Assembly (NCBI GenBank): GCA_045633625.1
Contig: JAZQYP010000034.1
Span: forward strand, 4,530 to 68,529
Source of the DNA: Eubacteriales bacterium
GTDB taxonomy: Bacteria; Bacillota; Clostridia; Oscillospirales; CAG-272
Direction: 5' to 3'
DNA length: 64,000 nt
A model generated the notes under the pieces. The model ran no database searches, was not told the origin of the DNA, and saw only the letters and a list, made by a program, of their open reading frames with translations. Position 1 is the stretch's first letter; each line of letters starts with the position of its first letter. The position numbers were made by a program, and so were the translations under genes. Shown here piece by piece: positions 18,139-29,977 of the stretch.

Positions 18139-18207
18139 ATTATACAGCATCTTTTTCTAATGTCAACTGATTCTGATTATGCGGTAGTTTAGATAATTTA
18201 TGCGGTA
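18139..18207 (-). promoter_or_regulatory. Promoter with LytTR-type direct repeats
   Basis: TACCGCATAA repeated with a 21-bp period (18177-18186, 18198-18207), upstream of TTGACA-16-TATAAT. Confidence 0.75.
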
Positions 18208-18240
18208 AAAAGGACCTTGCCGATATCGGCAAGGTCTTTT
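18207..18240. terminator. Rho-independent terminator of the ABC operon
   Basis: AAAAAGGACCTTGCCGATATCGGCAAGGTCTTTT. Confidence 0.8.
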
Positions 18241-18242
18241 CT

Positions 18243-18983
18243 TTATAATACCTTCTGCAAGAACTGCACAAGTCGCGGATTTTGCGGATTCTCGAAGAAT
18301 TCCTTGGGAGGTGCATCCTCAACGATAACTCCGTCACTCACAAAAAGAACTCTATCTGAAACTTCACGGGCAAATCCCATCTCATGAGTAACTACTACCA
18401 TAGTCATTCCCTCACGAGCAAGCTCTTTCATAACGTCAAGCACCTCTCCTACCATCTCCGGATCAAGGGCTGAGGTGGGCTCATCGAACAGCATTACCTC
18501 CGGCTCCATACAAAGAGCACGAACAATAGCAACTCTCTGCTTTTGACCTCCAGAAAGTTGGTTGGGATAGGATTCTGCTCTATCCGCAAGACCTACTCTC
18601 GTAAGAAGAGCCATTGCCTTCGCTTCCGCCTCTTCTTTGGGTATCTTTTTTAGCATAGTAGGCGCCAAGGTAAGATTTTTCAGTATGGTCAAATGGGGAA
18701 AGAGATTGAACTGCTGGAAAACCATACCCATTTTCTGACGGTGAAGGTTAAGGTCAACCTTGGATCCAGTAAGATCTACACCGTTAAAGAAAATAGATCC
18801 GCTCGTAGGCTGTTCAAGCAAGTTAAGGCATCGGAGAAACGTTGATTTTCCCGAACCGGAGGCACCGATAACGCAAACCACATCACCTTTATGTATCTCT
18901 ATATCAATTCCTTTAAGTACTTCTAAATTGTCAAAGCTTTTACAAAGGCCCTGTGTCTTTATAATTATTTCCTTATTTTCCAT
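18243..18983 (-). CDS. Polar amino-acid ABC transporter ATPase (GlnQ-like)
   Basis: [28 protein letters not shown]; start set at MENKE. Confidence 0.93.
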   Translation of the reverse strand: MENKEIIIKTQGLCKSFDNLEVLKGIDIEIHKGDVVCVIGASGSGKSTFLRCLNLLEQPTSGSIFFNGVDLTGSKVDLNLHRQKMGMVFQQFNLFPHLTILKNLTLAPTMLKKIPKEEAEAKAMALLTRVGLADRAESYPNQLSGGQKQRVAIVRALCMEPEVMLFDEPTSALDPEMVGEVLDVMKELAREGMTMVVVTHEMGFAREVSDRVLFVSDGVIVEDAPPKEFFENPQNPRLVQFLQKVL

Positions 18984-19659
18984 CACTCTTGCGTAGCCTC
19001 CTTTCAAGAATTGCGAGAAGCTCAGTCAGTATAATAACCATTACAAGATATATGATCGCCAAAAGAATAATTGGATTTACTGCATCAAAAGTTTTGTTTC
19101 TTATATTCGTCGCAGCCTTTGTCACGTCGGTAACAGCAACGTATCCCGCAACAGAGGTCTCCTTAAGTAGAGCTATACATTCGTTACCGATAGCGGGAAG
19201 TATGTTCTTTATAGCCTGAGGAAAAATAATCTTGGTCATAGCCTGAAGCTTAGACATACCGAGGCTTCTTGCGGCCTCCATTTGTCCTTTATCTACAGCG
19301 TTAATACCGCTTCGTATAAGCTCAGCCATATATGCACCTGAGTTAATACCAAAGGCAGCAACTGCAACAGGAACACCGTTCTCTGCCGATGCAAAAATTA
19401 TAAAAAAGAATACAAGCAAAAGCACTGTAACAGGAACGCCACGGATAACTGTCGTATAAAGATCACAAATCCAGTTGAAAATACGCAACTTCTTGTTATC
19501 TTCGCAAAAATATTTTACAATAGCTATAATAGAACCGATAACAACACCTATAAGCAATGCGCCGAGGGTAATTATCAAGGTATTTTTAAGACCATCTACT
19601 AACCATAGATATCTATCGCCCTCAATAAAGGTCTTATGAAGCTTGTCAAACCAGCTCAT
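18973..19659 (-). CDS. Polar amino-acid ABC permease
   Basis: RGVP and EAA loop ([10 protein letters not shown]). Confidence 0.93.
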   Translation of the reverse strand: MSWFDKLHKTFIEGDRYLWLVDGLKNTLIITLGALLIGVVIGSIIAIVKYFCEDNKKLRIFNWICDLYTTVIRGVPVTVLLLVFFFIIFASAENGVPVAVAAFGINSGAYMAELIRSGINAVDKGQMEAARSLGMSKLQAMTKIIFPQAIKNILPAIGNECIALLKETSVAGYVAVTDVTKAATNIRNKTFDAVNPIILLAIIYLVMVIILTELLAILERRLRKSDGK

Positions 19660-19749
19660 CTATATTTTTTCCTTTCTTTGTAATGAGTTTTATAAAACTC
19701 AAGAAGCAGCTCCGCAAAATTGTGCGGAGCCGCTACAACGTTATTTAAT

Positions 19750-20526
19750 TTAGGGCTTGAAGTATGTTTCACCGTAAGTCTCAAATATAGACTCAACTGT
19801 TCCGTTATCGATAAGAGTCTGGAGAATCTTATCAATCTCTGCTACGAGGTCCTCAGAACCAAATGCAAACGCAAACGCATAGGGCTCCTCTGTCATCTTC
19901 TCATCGAGAATAACAAGACCATCACTCTCCTCGACCATCTGAATAGCGGTAAGGTTATCAACTACCCAAGCATCAACCTTTCCTGTGGTAAGCGCCGCTT
20001 TAGCGTCAGCATTTGCCGCAAATGCGCTTACGTTATCAATGCCAAGAAGTTCCTTGCAACCTTCATCAGCGGTCGTACCTGTCTGAACGGAAACCTTCTT
20101 GCCGTCAAGGTCTACCTTACCCTTGATATCGCTGCCTTCCTTAACTACGATAACCTGTGCGGCATTGTAATAAGGAGTAGTGAAAAGCATATTTTCCTTG
20201 CGGTCTTCGGAAGCAGTGATGCCGGACATACCGCAATCAAACTTTGCAGCCTGAACACCGAGAAGAACGGAATCAAAATCCATCTGAACGATCTCAAGCT
20301 CAACACCAAGCTCCTTTGCAATGAGCTCCATAATGTCAACTTCGATACCAACTACCTTGTCGCCCTCAAGGCTCTCAAAGGGAGGAAAATCGGGAGATGT
20401 AGCTACAGTAAGCTTGCCAGCTTCTTTAACTTCAGCAAGAGCCTTTCCCTTTGCGCCACAGCTTGTAAAGCAAAATACCGAAGCGACCATAATAGCAACT
20501 AAAACTAAAGACAATATTTTTTTCAT
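19750..20526 (-). CDS. Polar amino-acid ABC substrate-binding lipoprotein (canonical domain order)
   Basis: Lipobox TSC, SPDFPPFE, SBP family 3 motifs. Confidence 0.92.
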   Translation of the reverse strand: MKKILSLVLVAIMVASVFCFTSCGAKGKALAEVKEAGKLTVATSPDFPPFESLEGDKVVGIEVDIMELIAKELGVELEIVQMDFDSVLLGVQAAKFDCGMSGITASEDRKENMLFTTPYYNAAQVIVVKEGSDIKGKVDLDGKKVSVQTGTTADEGCKELLGIDNVSAFAANADAKAALTTGKVDAWVVDNLTAIQMVEESDGLVILDEKMTEEPYAFAFAFGSEDLVAEIDKILQTLIDNGTVESIFETYGETYFKP

Positions 20527-20567
20527 TTTTCTTTCTCCTTGTATGGAAATTATTTTCTATGGATGTG

Positions 20568-20629
20568 ATTATACAACCTTTATACACATTTGTCAATAGG
20601 TTTTTGAAAACTTTTTGCATAAAAATTCA
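20568..20629 (-). promoter_or_regulatory. sigmaA promoter with upstream ARG-box-like site
   Basis: TTGACA-17-TATAAT (20596-20568); TGAATTTTTATGCA at 20616-20629. Confidence 0.6.
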
Positions 20630-20701
20630 ACTTTTTTGATAATTTCCGCAAAATAAAGGTGCATTTCTGCATATTTATGCATTTATGCACCTTATTTCTG
20701 A

Positions 20702-23527
20702 TTATTTAATCATCTTTTTAAGATACTGTCCTGTAAAGGATCCCTCAACCTTGGCAACTTCCTCGGGTGTTCCCTTTGCAATTACCGTTCCGCCGTTATC
20801 TCCGCCCTCGGGTCCGAGGTCGATGATATAGTCGGCTGTCTTTATAACGTCAAGATTGTGTTCAATTACGATAACCGAATTGCCACCCTCCACAAGACGC
20901 TGAAGAATCTCTATAAGCTTTGCCACGTCGGCGGTATGAAGTCCCGTTGTCGGCTCGTCAAGCACGTAGAGTGTCTTGCCTGTGCTTCTTCGTGCAAGCT
21001 CGGTAGCGAGCTTTACTCTCTGCGCCTCTCCGCCCGAAAGCAAGGTTGATGACTGTCCAAGCTTTATATATCCAAGCCCTACGTCGTAAAGAGTCTGTAT
21101 CTTCTGACGGATCCTCGGCATTCCGTCAAAGAAACCGACTGCCTCCTCGACCGTCATCTCAAGCACCTCGGAAATATTCTTTCCTTTATATTTAACCTCA
21201 AGTGTATCCTTGTTATATCTCTTGCCCTTGCAAACGTCACAGGTGACGTAAACGTCGGGAAGGAAGTGCATCTCTATCTTCTTGACACCGTCTCCCTCAC
21301 ACGCCTCGCATCTACCGCCCTTGACGTTAAAGGAGAATCTGCCAGATTTGTATCCCTTGGCATTAGCATCAGCCGTACGCGCGAAAAGATCGCGTATGTC
21401 GCTGAAAACTCCCGTATAGGTTGCGGGGTTAGAACGGGGTGTTCTGCCGATGGGGCTCTGATCGATGACGATTATCTTATCGAGATTCTCTCCACCCTCA
21501 ACCTTGTCATAGTTGCTTGCGTATCTTGCCGCGCCGTTTAGCTCGCGCGAAAGCACGGGGCTGATTATACCGTTGACAAGAGAGGATTTTCCCGAGCCCG
21601 ACACACCCGTAACGCAGGTAAAGCATCCGAGCGGAATATCGACGTCGATATTCTTGAGATTATGCTCGCGCGCACCCTTTACCGAAAGATATGCGCCATT
21701 TCCCTGTCTTCTTGATGCGGGAATACGGATCTTCTTTCTGCCCGAAAGATACGCACCCGTAATAGATGCCTCGTTTGCAGAAACCTCCTCGGGTGTGCCT
21801 GCGGCAACTATCTCACCGCCATGAACACCTGCTCCCGGACCGATATCAATGATATAATCCGACTCTGCCATCGTTTCCTCATCGTGCTCGACAACGATAA
21901 CGGTATTACCAAGGTCACGCAGACGCTTAAGCGTTGCAATGAGCTTTGAGTTATCTCTTTGATGCAGACCGATACTCGGCTCATCGAGTATATAAAGCAC
22001 TCCCATAAGTGATGAGCCTATCTGTGTTGCGAGTCTTATTCTCTGCGCCTCACCGCCCGAAAGCGTTCCTGCCGAGCGAGAGAGTGTAAGGTATTCAAGA
22101 CCGACACTCGAAAGAAAGCCAAGGCGGCTCTTTACCTCCTTGAGTATTTCCGTGGAAATGATCTTCTCATTTTCTGAAAGAACGAGACCATTTACAAATT
22201 CAAGCTCCTTCTCTACAGAAAGTGCGCAGAAATCGCTGATATTAAGTCCACCAACCGTTACCGAAAGCACTGTGGGTGAAAGTCTTTTGCCGTGGCATTC
22301 GGGACAGGGCGCTTCCTCAACGAACTGTTCGTAGTATTCCTCGGCATTTCCCTGCATCATTCTTGCTTCAAGCATAGGAACGAGTCCGTCGAATTTTGCC
22401 TTTTGTCTATGCGCCTCGCGCCCGAAATATCTTACGACGTCGTAAGTCTCGTTACCCGTTCCGTAATAAAGCTTGTGTATCTGCTCTTCGGTAAGCTCTG
22501 CGATAGGTGTATCTATCGTAAATCCAAGTCTCTTTGCTGCCTCGATAAACAAAGGACCGTTCCAGCTCTCCTCCTCAAGTGTCTTAAAGCCGTTTACGGC
22601 AATAGCTCCCTTGCGAAGCGAGAGAGATTTGTCGGGAATGAGCCTCTCAACGGCAACGCGGCGCATCTGACCGAGTCCTGCACAGTGCGGACACGCGCCC
22701 GCGGGGTTATTGAAGGAGAACATTCTCGGCTCAAGCTCACCAAAGGAAATTCCGTGCTCCTCACAGGCATAGTTCTGCGAGAACTCAAGCTCACGAGGCT
22801 CTCCCTCTCGCGGCACGGTCACGATAATAAGATGTCCGTCAGCGTGAGAGAGCGCATTCTCGACAGAGTCGGAAAGTCGAGGTCTTATGTCCTCGCGCAT
22901 AACCAGACGGTCAACCACCACCTCGATGTTATGCTTTTTGTTTTTGTCAAGCTTTATTTCCTCTGAAAGATCGTAAAGACTTCCGTCAACCCTTACTCTT
23001 ACGTATCCGCTCTTCTTGGCATCCGAGAATACCTTTTCGTGCATTCCCTTTTGCGCGCGGACTACGGGCGAGAGGACCATAAAGCGCTCGCCTACAGGCA
23101 ACTCAAGTATTTTATCAATAATTACGTCAGTCGTCTGCGCTTTTATTTCCTTATTACATATAGGACAGTGCGGCACACCTACTCTTGCATAGAGAAGACG
23201 GAGATAGTCGTATATCTCGGTGACTGTACCCACGGTCGAGCGCGGATTTTTTGACGTTGTTTTTTGGTCGATGGAAATTGCGGGAGAGAGTCCCTCTATA
23301 AAGTCAAGATCAGGCTTATCAAGCTGACCGAGGAACTGTCTTGCGTATGACGAAAGCGACTCTACGAAGCGTCTGTGCGCCTCGGCGTATATCGTATCAA
23401 ACGCAAGAGACGATTTTCCCGAGCCCGAAAGTCCTGTGAATACGACAAGCTTGTCTCTCGGTATCTCGACGTTTACGTTTTTTAGGTTATTCTCTCTTGC
23501 ACCCTTTATTACAATAGAATCGGACAT
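20702..23527 (-). CDS. uvrA: Excinuclease ABC subunit A
   Basis: GARENNLKN, two Walker A motifs, zinc fingers, LSGGEAQR. Confidence 0.98.
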   Translation of the reverse strand: MSDSIVIKGARENNLKNVNVEIPRDKLVVFTGLSGSGKSSLAFDTIYAEAHRRFVESLSSYARQFLGQLDKPDLDFIEGLSPAISIDQKTTSKNPRSTVGTVTEIYDYLRLLYARVGVPHCPICNKEIKAQTTDVIIDKILELPVGERFMVLSPVVRAQKGMHEKVFSDAKKSGYVRVRVDGSLYDLSEEIKLDKNKKHNIEVVVDRLVMREDIRPRLSDSVENALSHADGHLIIVTVPREGEPRELEFSQNYACEEHGISFGELEPRMFSFNNPAGACPHCAGLGQMRRVAVERLIPDKSLSLRKGAIAVNGFKTLEEESWNGPLFIEAAKRLGFTIDTPIAELTEEQIHKLYYGTGNETYDVVRYFGREAHRQKAKFDGLVPMLEARMMQGNAEEYYEQFVEEAPCPECHGKRLSPTVLSVTVGGLNISDFCALSVEKELEFVNGLVLSENEKIISTEILKEVKSRLGFLSSVGLEYLTLSRSAGTLSGGEAQRIRLATQIGSSLMGVLYILDEPSIGLHQRDNSKLIATLKRLRDLGNTVIVVEHDEETMAESDYIIDIGPGAGVHGGEIVAAGTPEEVSANEASITGAYLSGRKKIRIPASRRQGNGAYLSVKGAREHNLKNIDVDIPLGCFTCVTGVSGSGKSSLVNGIISPVLSRELNGAARYASNYDKVEGGENLDKIIVIDQSPIGRTPRSNPATYTGVFSDIRDLFARTADANAKGYKSGRFSFNVKGGRCEACEGDGVKKIEMHFLPDVYVTCDVCKGKRYNKDTLEVKYKGKNISEVLEMTVEEAVGFFDGMPRIRQKIQTLYDVGLGYIKLGQSSTLLSGGEAQRVKLATELARRSTGKTLYVLDEPTTGLHTADVAKLIEILQRLVEGGNSVIVIEHNLDVIKTADYIIDLGPEGGDNGGTVIAKGTPEEVAKVEGSFTGQYLKKMIK

Positions 23528-23539
23528 ATATGCCTCTCT

Positions 23540-25537
23540 TTATTTTGTCTTCATCTCGCCTTCTGCGCGAAGCTGACTAATTCTGTCGCGGATAAAGGCG
23601 GCTTGTTCGAATTCGAGCTTACGCGATGCCTCTCGCATCTCCTTGGTAAGCTCTGCGATAAGCTTTTCCCTCTCGGTCTTTGAGAGCTTCTTCGTAGACG
23701 TCTTTTTTGCTTTCTTCTTGGCGTCAAGCTCCTCGTCGGGTCTGCCTATCTCTATGACGTCACGTATGCCCTTGACTATCGTCTTTGGCACGATTCCGTG
23801 CTCGTCATTATATTTCTTTTGTATCTCGCGACGGCGGTTTGTCTCGCGTATCGCCCTTTCCATAGAGCCCGTCACGGTATCTGCGTACATTATAACGCGT
23901 CCCTCGGCATTTCTCGCGGCACGGCCTATCGTCTGAATAAGACTTCGCTCGGCTCGAAGGAAGCCTTCCTTGTCGGCATCAAGTATTGCAACAAGGGATA
24001 CCTCGGGAATATCAAGTCCCTCACGAAGCAGATTGATTCCAACAAGCACGTCAAATACACCGAGACGAAGATTTCTGATTATCTCCATTCTCTCCATAGT
24101 ATCGACGTCAAAATGGATATAACGCACCTTTATGCCGTTATTTTCAAGATATTCGGTGAGATCCTCTGCCATCTTTCTTGTCAGCGTTGTAACAAGAACT
24201 CTCTCGTTCTTCGCCACTCTTGCGCGTATCTCTCCCATAAGATCGTCCACCTGACCTTCTATGGGGCGCACCTCAACTTCGGGATCAACAAGTCCCGTAG
24301 GACGAATAATCTGTTCAACCGTTCCCTCCGAGTGCTCTGACTCATAGTCACCTGGGGTTGCCGATACAAACACCGCTTGGTGTATCTTCTCTTCAAACTC
24401 CTCAAAGTAAAGAGGTCTGTTGTCGTAAGCCGAGGGCAGACGGAAGCCGAAGTCGATAAGATTCTTCTTTCTTGCGGTATCTCCGCCGCTCATTCCCCTT
24501 ACCTGTGGGAGTGTTACGTGCGACTCGTCGACAAAGAGCACGAAATCTTCGGGCATATAGTCAAGGAGCGTATAAGGTGTAGAGCCCGGCTCACGTCCCG
24601 AAAGAACTCTTGAATAATTCTCAACTCCCGAACAGAAGCCTACCTCGCGGAGCATCTCAAGGTCGTATTTTACCCTCTCTTCAATTCTCTGCGCCTCGAT
24701 AAGCTTGCCTTCGTTTCTGAATTCCTCGCGTCGCTCGATCATCTCACGCATGATCTCCTGAAGCGCTTTTTCTCGCTTCTCGTCGGAGACCGCATAGTGT
24801 GTCGCAGGGTGTATCGGGCAATATGAAAGAACCTTTACCATCTCACCCGTGACAATATTTATCTCGGAGACTCTATCTATCTCGTCACCGAAAAATTCAA
24901 CGCGAATAGCCTTATCCGACATATCAGATGGGATTATCTCCACAGTATCTCCACGAACTCTGAAGCGGTTACGCTCAAGGGCTATATCGTTTCGGTCGTA
25001 GCTAATACGCACAAGATCGTTTATGAGCTTCTCGCGCGACATCTGCGCACCGGGGCGCAGAGCTATGACGAGGCTCTTATATTCCTCGGGATCACCGAGT
25101 GAGTAGATACAGGACACACTCGCCACGACGATAACGTCACGTCTCTCAAAGAGCGCCGACGTCGCACTGTGGCGGAGCATATCTATCTCCTCGTTTATCA
25201 TTGCATCCTTTTCGATATACATATCCTTTCCGGGAATGTACGCCTCGGGCTGATAGTAATCGTAGTAGGACACGAAATACTCTACCGCGTTATCGGGAAA
25301 GAACTCGCGGAATTCAGAGCAAAGCTGTGCCGCAAGGGTCTTATTATGCGCGAGAACGAGGGTTGGGCGGTTTATCTTTTCTATGACGTTTGCCATAGTA
25401 AAGGTCTTACCCGAGCCTGTAACTCCGAGCAAGGTCTGCATTCTTTTGCCCTCTTCGAGTCCTTTTACAAGCGCGTCTATCGCCTCGGGCTGATCTCCCG
25501 TGGGCTTATATTCACTTTTGAGCACAAACTTATCCAT
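23540..25537 (-). CDS. uvrB: Excinuclease ABC subunit B
   Basis: [26 protein letters not shown]-terminal UVR domain. Confidence 0.98.
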   Translation of the reverse strand: MDKFVLKSEYKPTGDQPEAIDALVKGLEEGKRMQTLLGVTGSGKTFTMANVIEKINRPTLVLAHNKTLAAQLCSEFREFFPDNAVEYFVSYYDYYQPEAYIPGKDMYIEKDAMINEEIDMLRHSATSALFERRDVIVVASVSCIYSLGDPEEYKSLVIALRPGAQMSREKLINDLVRISYDRNDIALERNRFRVRGDTVEIIPSDMSDKAIRVEFFGDEIDRVSEINIVTGEMVKVLSYCPIHPATHYAVSDEKREKALQEIMREMIERREEFRNEGKLIEAQRIEERVKYDLEMLREVGFCSGVENYSRVLSGREPGSTPYTLLDYMPEDFVLFVDESHVTLPQVRGMSGGDTARKKNLIDFGFRLPSAYDNRPLYFEEFEEKIHQAVFVSATPGDYESEHSEGTVEQIIRPTGLVDPEVEVRPIEGQVDDLMGEIRARVAKNERVLVTTLTRKMAEDLTEYLENNGIKVRYIHFDVDTMERMEIIRNLRLGVFDVLVGINLLREGLDIPEVSLVAILDADKEGFLRAERSLIQTIGRAARNAEGRVIMYADTVTGSMERAIRETNRRREIQKKYNDEHGIVPKTIVKGIRDVIEIGRPDEELDAKKKAKKTSTKKLSKTEREKLIAELTKEMREASRKLEFEQAAFIRDRISQLRAEGEMKTK

Positions 25538-25561
25538 ACGGCACCTCCTTTGCTGTGATTT

Positions 25562-28500
25562 TTAGAAAAACGTTAACTGGTCTGTTTCATTTAGCGAATC
25601 GAGCGCCCCTATATCACGAAGCACCTCGATAACGCTCTTTGTAAGCTTTGCGCGGGTACGAAGATCCTCTACTGAGAAGAAGGGCTCCTCGTCTCTCGCC
25701 TTAACAATATTAAGCGCGGCATTCTCACCAAGTCCGCCAAGCGCCGAGAAAGGCATTCTGATTGCTCCGTTTTCGGGAAGGAATGCGTAAGCATCAGATT
25801 TTTCGAGGTCAATGGGAAGGAACTTGTAGCCTCGCGCCATACACTCGTTTATGAGCTGCAAGGACGAAACCGAGCTCTGCTCCTTAGCAGATGCTTCCTT
25901 GCCCCTTGCCTCAATGTCCTTTATAGTTGCGACAACCTTATGTCTGCCGCCCATAACCGTCTTTGCATCAAAGCCTCCGGGAGCGACTGTAAACATAGCA
26001 CAGTAGAAGGCTATCGGCATATGTACCTTGTACCATCCAAGACGGATCGCCGACATAACGTATGCCGATGCGTGCGCCTTCGGGAACATGTATTTTATCT
26101 TCTTACAGGACGAAATATACCACTCGGGCACTTCGTGGGCACGCATATCTGCCTCCCACTCGGGGGTAAGTCCCTTACCCTTACGGACCGACTCCATTAT
26201 CTTAAAGGAGGTAGCATTCTCAACTCCGTAGCGGATAAGGTCGTTCATTATGTTATCTCGACATCCAATAACCTGCGAAATATCGCATATTCCCTCGTTG
26301 ATGAGGTCCTGCGCGTTACCCGTCCAAACGTCGGTTCCGTGCGAAAGACCCGATATCTGAAGCAGGTCGGCAAAGCTCTTCGGCTTTTCTTCCTCAACCA
26401 TCTTCATAACGAATCGCGTACCAAACTCGGGCAGACCGTACGTACCGATCTTCGCGTCGATATCCTCGGGCTTAACACCGAGAGGCTTGGTCGAGAGGAA
26501 GAGGTCGTAGACGGCTCTGTCGTTCATAGGAACGTCAAGCACGCTTGTGTCGGAATACTTCTCAAGATACTTATATTTGGTCGGAATATCGTGTCCAAGC
26601 TCGTCGAGCTTAAGTATCGTATCGTGCAGATACGAGAATGCAAAGTGAGTTGTGACTATATCGGAATTGGGGTCATCAGCGGGGTGCTGAACGGGAGTAA
26701 AGTCATAGACCTCATATTCACGAGGCACAACGATAATACCGCCCGGGTGCTGACCTGTGGTACGCTTAACACCCATACAGTTGCCGATAAGTCGCTCCAT
26801 CTCGGCGCGACCGACGCTCACGCCCTTCGACTCAAAATACTTTGCGATAAATCCGTATGCAGTCTTATCCGCAAGAGTACCGAGAGTTCCCGCACGGAAG
26901 ACGTTCTCCGCACCGAAAAGCTCCTCGGTGTACTTATGAACGCGTCCCTGCACGTCACCTGAGAAGTTAAGGTCGATATCGGGTGACTTATCACCCTTAA
27001 AGCCAAGGAAGGTCTCAAAGGGTATATCGTGTCCGTCGGCATAGAGCTTTGTGCCACACTTTGGACACATAGCGTCGGGCATATCAAAGCCCGAGCCGTA
27101 TGCCTTGCCCGTCTCAAAATCGGAGTACTGACACTTCGGACAATAATAGTGAGGCGGCAAGGGGTTAACCTCGGAAATTCCCGCCATCGTTGCAACGAAG
27201 GACGAGCCGACCGAGCCACGTGAGCCGACAAGATAGCCCTGACTCTCACTGTACCAAACGAGCTTCTGCGCTATCATATAAAGCACGGCAAATCCGTTTT
27301 TGATAATTGAGGTAAGCTCCTTATCAAGTCTGTTTTTAACTATTTCGGGAACGTCCTCGCCGTACATAGACTTGGCTCTTGTCCAGCAAAGCTGTTGGAG
27401 CTCCTCCTCTGCGCCCTCCATATTAGGTGTGTACGAGCCCTTGGGTATGGGACGCACCTCACCAATCATATCGTTTATGAGATTGGTGTTGGTGACAACC
27501 ACCTCGTATGCCTTTTCCTCACCGAGATACGAGAATTCCTCAAGCATCTCCTCGGTGGTTCTGAAATAGAGATGTATATCCCTATCGGCATCCTGGAATT
27601 TCATTCCTGCAAGGAGTATCTTACGGTGTATCTCGTCTTCGTCATTTAAGAAATGCGCGTCACAGGTAGCCACAACGGGCTTTCCGTATTTTTCGCCAAG
27701 CGCTACGATCTTGCGGTTAAGCTCACGAAGCCCCTCGTCATCCTTTACTCTTCCCTCTGCGACAAGGAATCGGTTATTGCAGATAGGCTGGATCTCAAGG
27801 TAATCGTAGAAGTTTACGATATCCTCTATCTCCTTTTCGGGCTTGTCCTCAAGCACGGCGTGGAAAAGCTCGCCCGCCTCGCAGGCAGAGCCGATGATAA
27901 GTCCCTCGCGGTGCTTTTCAAGCTCGGTCTTTGGGATTCGGGGATTTCGCTTATAATAATTAAGATAACTCTTTGAAATAAGCTTATAGAGATTTTTGAG
28001 TCCCTCTTGGTTTTTAACGAGAATTATCTGGTGATACGGACGCAGATTAAGGGGATTGGTCTTTGAAGCCATATCTGCCTTGAGCACTGCGAAGCTCTTT
28101 ACGTCAAGCTCTGTGAGCTTGTCCGTCATCTTGAAGAATATCTGCGAGAGCATCTCTGCGTCATCAGCAGCTCTGTGGTGATTAAAATCACCAAGTCCGT
28201 AGAATTTTGCAAGCACGTCGAGCTTGTGTGACTTAAGATCGGTATTAAGATATCTTGAAAGCGCCACAGTATCAAGGTAGGCGTTCTCAAACGGAATGCC
28301 CAGCTCCTTTGCCGCGACTCGAATAAAACCGATATCAAAGTCGGCGTTATGTGCGATGAGTAGTCTGTCGCCCACAAATTCGAGGAATTTCGGAAGCGCT
28401 ACGTCTATCTTATCGGCATCCGCCACCATCTCGTCGGTAATACCCGTGAGCTTTACTATCTCCTCGGGTATCGGTGTTTCAGGATTGACAAAAATGTTGA

Positions 28501-29959
28501 ATCTATCAAGCACCTTGCCGTCCTTTACCTTAACGGCACCGATCTCGGTTATCTTGCAGGTCTTGTTTGAAAGGCCCGTCGTCTCGATATCGAATACGAT
28601 GAACTCCTCGTCAAAGCCACTGTCAAAGTCACCGTAAACTGCACTCGACGTATCGTTTACAAAATACGCCTCCATTCCGTAAATGACCTTCATACCCGTC
28701 TTATCTGCGGTAAGCATAGCATCGGGAAAGCCCTGAACGTTTCCGTGGTCGGTTATGGCAACGGCAGGGTGTCCCCACTTTTGTGCCGTCTTTACCGCGA
28801 CGTCGGGAGGAATAAGCGCATCCATAGTCGAGAGGTTTGTGTGCAGATGCAGCTCAACGCGCTTTACGGGAGCATTGTCCATTCTCTCTTTTTTCTTTAT
28901 CTTTGCTATATTCTGATAGACAAGGTAGACCTCGTCATCATTCTTTTCATATTTTGTGTAGCCTAAAATAGCTACAGAATCACCTTTTCTGATAGCACCG
29001 GAAAGCTCCTTTGCCTCTTCGGGCGCAACTGAGAAGGCCTTCACAAATATCGACGCATTACCGTCGTAAATTCCGAAGGTTATGTTATATTTATCACCGT
29101 TTCGGTTGGTTTCGCTCTCATATGAGAAGATAGTTCCAACCACCACGATATTTCTCACGGGCTTATTTATAGCCGCAATGAGAGATGGCGTAATATCAAA
29201 CTCCTCGCCTACGCAAAATTCGGGAGCAGAGATATCGAACGTACTATTGCCTATCTTGCAAATTCCGTCAGTGATATCAACAGCAGCCTCGTCCGAGAAG
29301 ATAGATGCCACTCTCGGATACTGTGGCTTTTCGGGATCGACGGGCGCGCTTCTTTCGGGTGCTGACGATCTCTGACTCTGTGCGCTCTCGTACGCCTTCT
29401 CTGCCCTCTGAATCTGTCTGTCAAGCTCTTCAAGCCTTTGTCGCTGAAAATTCTGATAGTCAGCCGCACCGTTCTTCGTATGCTTGAGTGTAACCCTTAC
29501 CGATACAGAAAACTCACTCGCTATAATGTTTTCGATGACACGAGGTGTCTTTGCATCCTCAAGCAGATTTATACCTCCGTCGTCAAATGGGATCTCGATT
29601 ATAAGCTCACCCTTCTCAGTGTCAAGGCTATAATCGTAATTTGAGAAAAAGCCTCTTGCGACAACACCCACATTTTCTGTCTCACGAAGTATCTCGGGGA
29701 TATAGCTATACCCGAAAAGCTCCGCGGGATAGTGCGGAAGTATCTTTGCCACGTTTATCTTATACGCTTCCTTAATGCCCGCCTCTATATCGTAAAGCGT
29801 GCGCTTTGGAACTATTTTATCAAAATCGGCGCGTATCTCAAGAATTTTTGCCTCCTTGTTTGCGCGCGAACGAATGTTCTTTGCGGAAAGCAAAACTTCC
29901 TCATATTCCTTTGGTGGCGTATATCTTGCTAACAATTCAAGAAAGTTCTTTTTTTCCAT
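25562..29959 (-). CDS. polC: DNA polymerase III PolC-type alpha subunit
   Basis: PHP (ELHLHT), embedded exonuclease (DIETTG), PDIDLNFS, KYMFPKAH. Confidence 0.98.
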   Translation of the reverse strand: MEKKNFLELLARYTPPKEYEEVLLSAKNIRSRANKEAKILEIRADFDKIVPKRTLYDIEAGIKEAYKINVAKILPHYPAELFGYSYIPEILRETENVGVVARGFFSNYDYSLDTEKGELIIEIPFDDGGINLLEDAKTPRVIENIIASEFSVSVRVTLKHTKNGAADYQNFQRQRLEELDRQIQRAEKAYESAQSQRSSAPERSAPVDPEKPQYPRVASIFSDEAAVDITDGICKIGNSTFDISAPEFCVGEEFDITPSLIAAINKPVRNIVVVGTIFSYESETNRNGDKYNITFGIYDGNASIFVKAFSVAPEEAKELSGAIRKGDSVAILGYTKYEKNDDEVYLVYQNIAKIKKKERMDNAPVKRVELHLHTNLSTMDALIPPDVAVKTAQKWGHPAVAITDHGNVQGFPDAMLTADKTGMKVIYGMEAYFVNDTSSAVYGDFDSGFDEEFIVFDIETTGLSNKTCKITEIGAVKVKDGKVLDRFNIFVNPETPIPEEIVKLTGITDEMVADADKIDVALPKFLEFVGDRLLIAHNADFDIGFIRVAAKELGIPFENAYLDTVALSRYLNTDLKSHKLDVLAKFYGLGDFNHHRAADDAEMLSQIFFKMTDKLTELDVKSFAVLKADMASKTNPLNLRPYHQIILVKNQEGLKNLYKLISKSYLNYYKRNPRIPKTELEKHREGLIIGSACEAGELFHAVLEDKPEKEIEDIVNFYDYLEIQPICNNRFLVAEGRVKDDEGLRELNRKIVALGEKYGKPVVATCDAHFLNDEDEIHRKILLAGMKFQDADRDIHLYFRTTEEMLEEFSYLGEEKAYEVVVTNTNLINDMIGEVRPIPKGSYTPNMEGAEEELQQLCWTRAKSMYGEDVPEIVKNRLDKELTSIIKNGFAVLYMIAQKLVWYSESQGYLVGSRGSVGSSFVATMAGISEVNPLPPHYYCPKCQYSDFETGKAYGSGFDMPDAMCPKCGTKLYADGHDIPFETFLGFKGDKSPDIDLNFSGDVQGRVHKYTEELFGAENVFRAGTLGTLADKTAYGFIAKYFESKGVSVGRAEMERLIGNCMGVKRTTGQHPGGIIVVPREYEVYDFTPVQHPADDPNSDIVTTHFAFSYLHDTILKLDELGHDIPTKYKYLEKYSDTSVLDVPMNDRAVYDLFLSTKPLGVKPEDIDAKIGTYGLPEFGTRFVMKMVEEEKPKSFADLLQISGLSHGTDVWTGNAQDLINEGICDISQVIGCRDNIMNDLIRYGVENATSFKIMESVRKGKGLTPEWEADMRAHEVPEWYISSCKKIKYMFPKAHASAYVMSAIRLGWYKVHMPIAFYCAMFTVAPGGFDAKTVMGGRHKVVATIKDIEARGKEASAKEQSSVSSLQLINECMARGYKFLPIDLEKSDAYAFLPENGAIRMPFSALGGLGENAALNIVKARDEEPFFSVEDLRTRAKLTKSVIEVLRDIGALDSLNETDQLTFF

Positions 29960-29977
29960 TTTAACCTACTTTTTCTT

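Noticed and set aside
25562-29959. Intein in PolC
   Set aside because: Length and motif order are normal; no splice-junction or homing endonuclease motifs seen.
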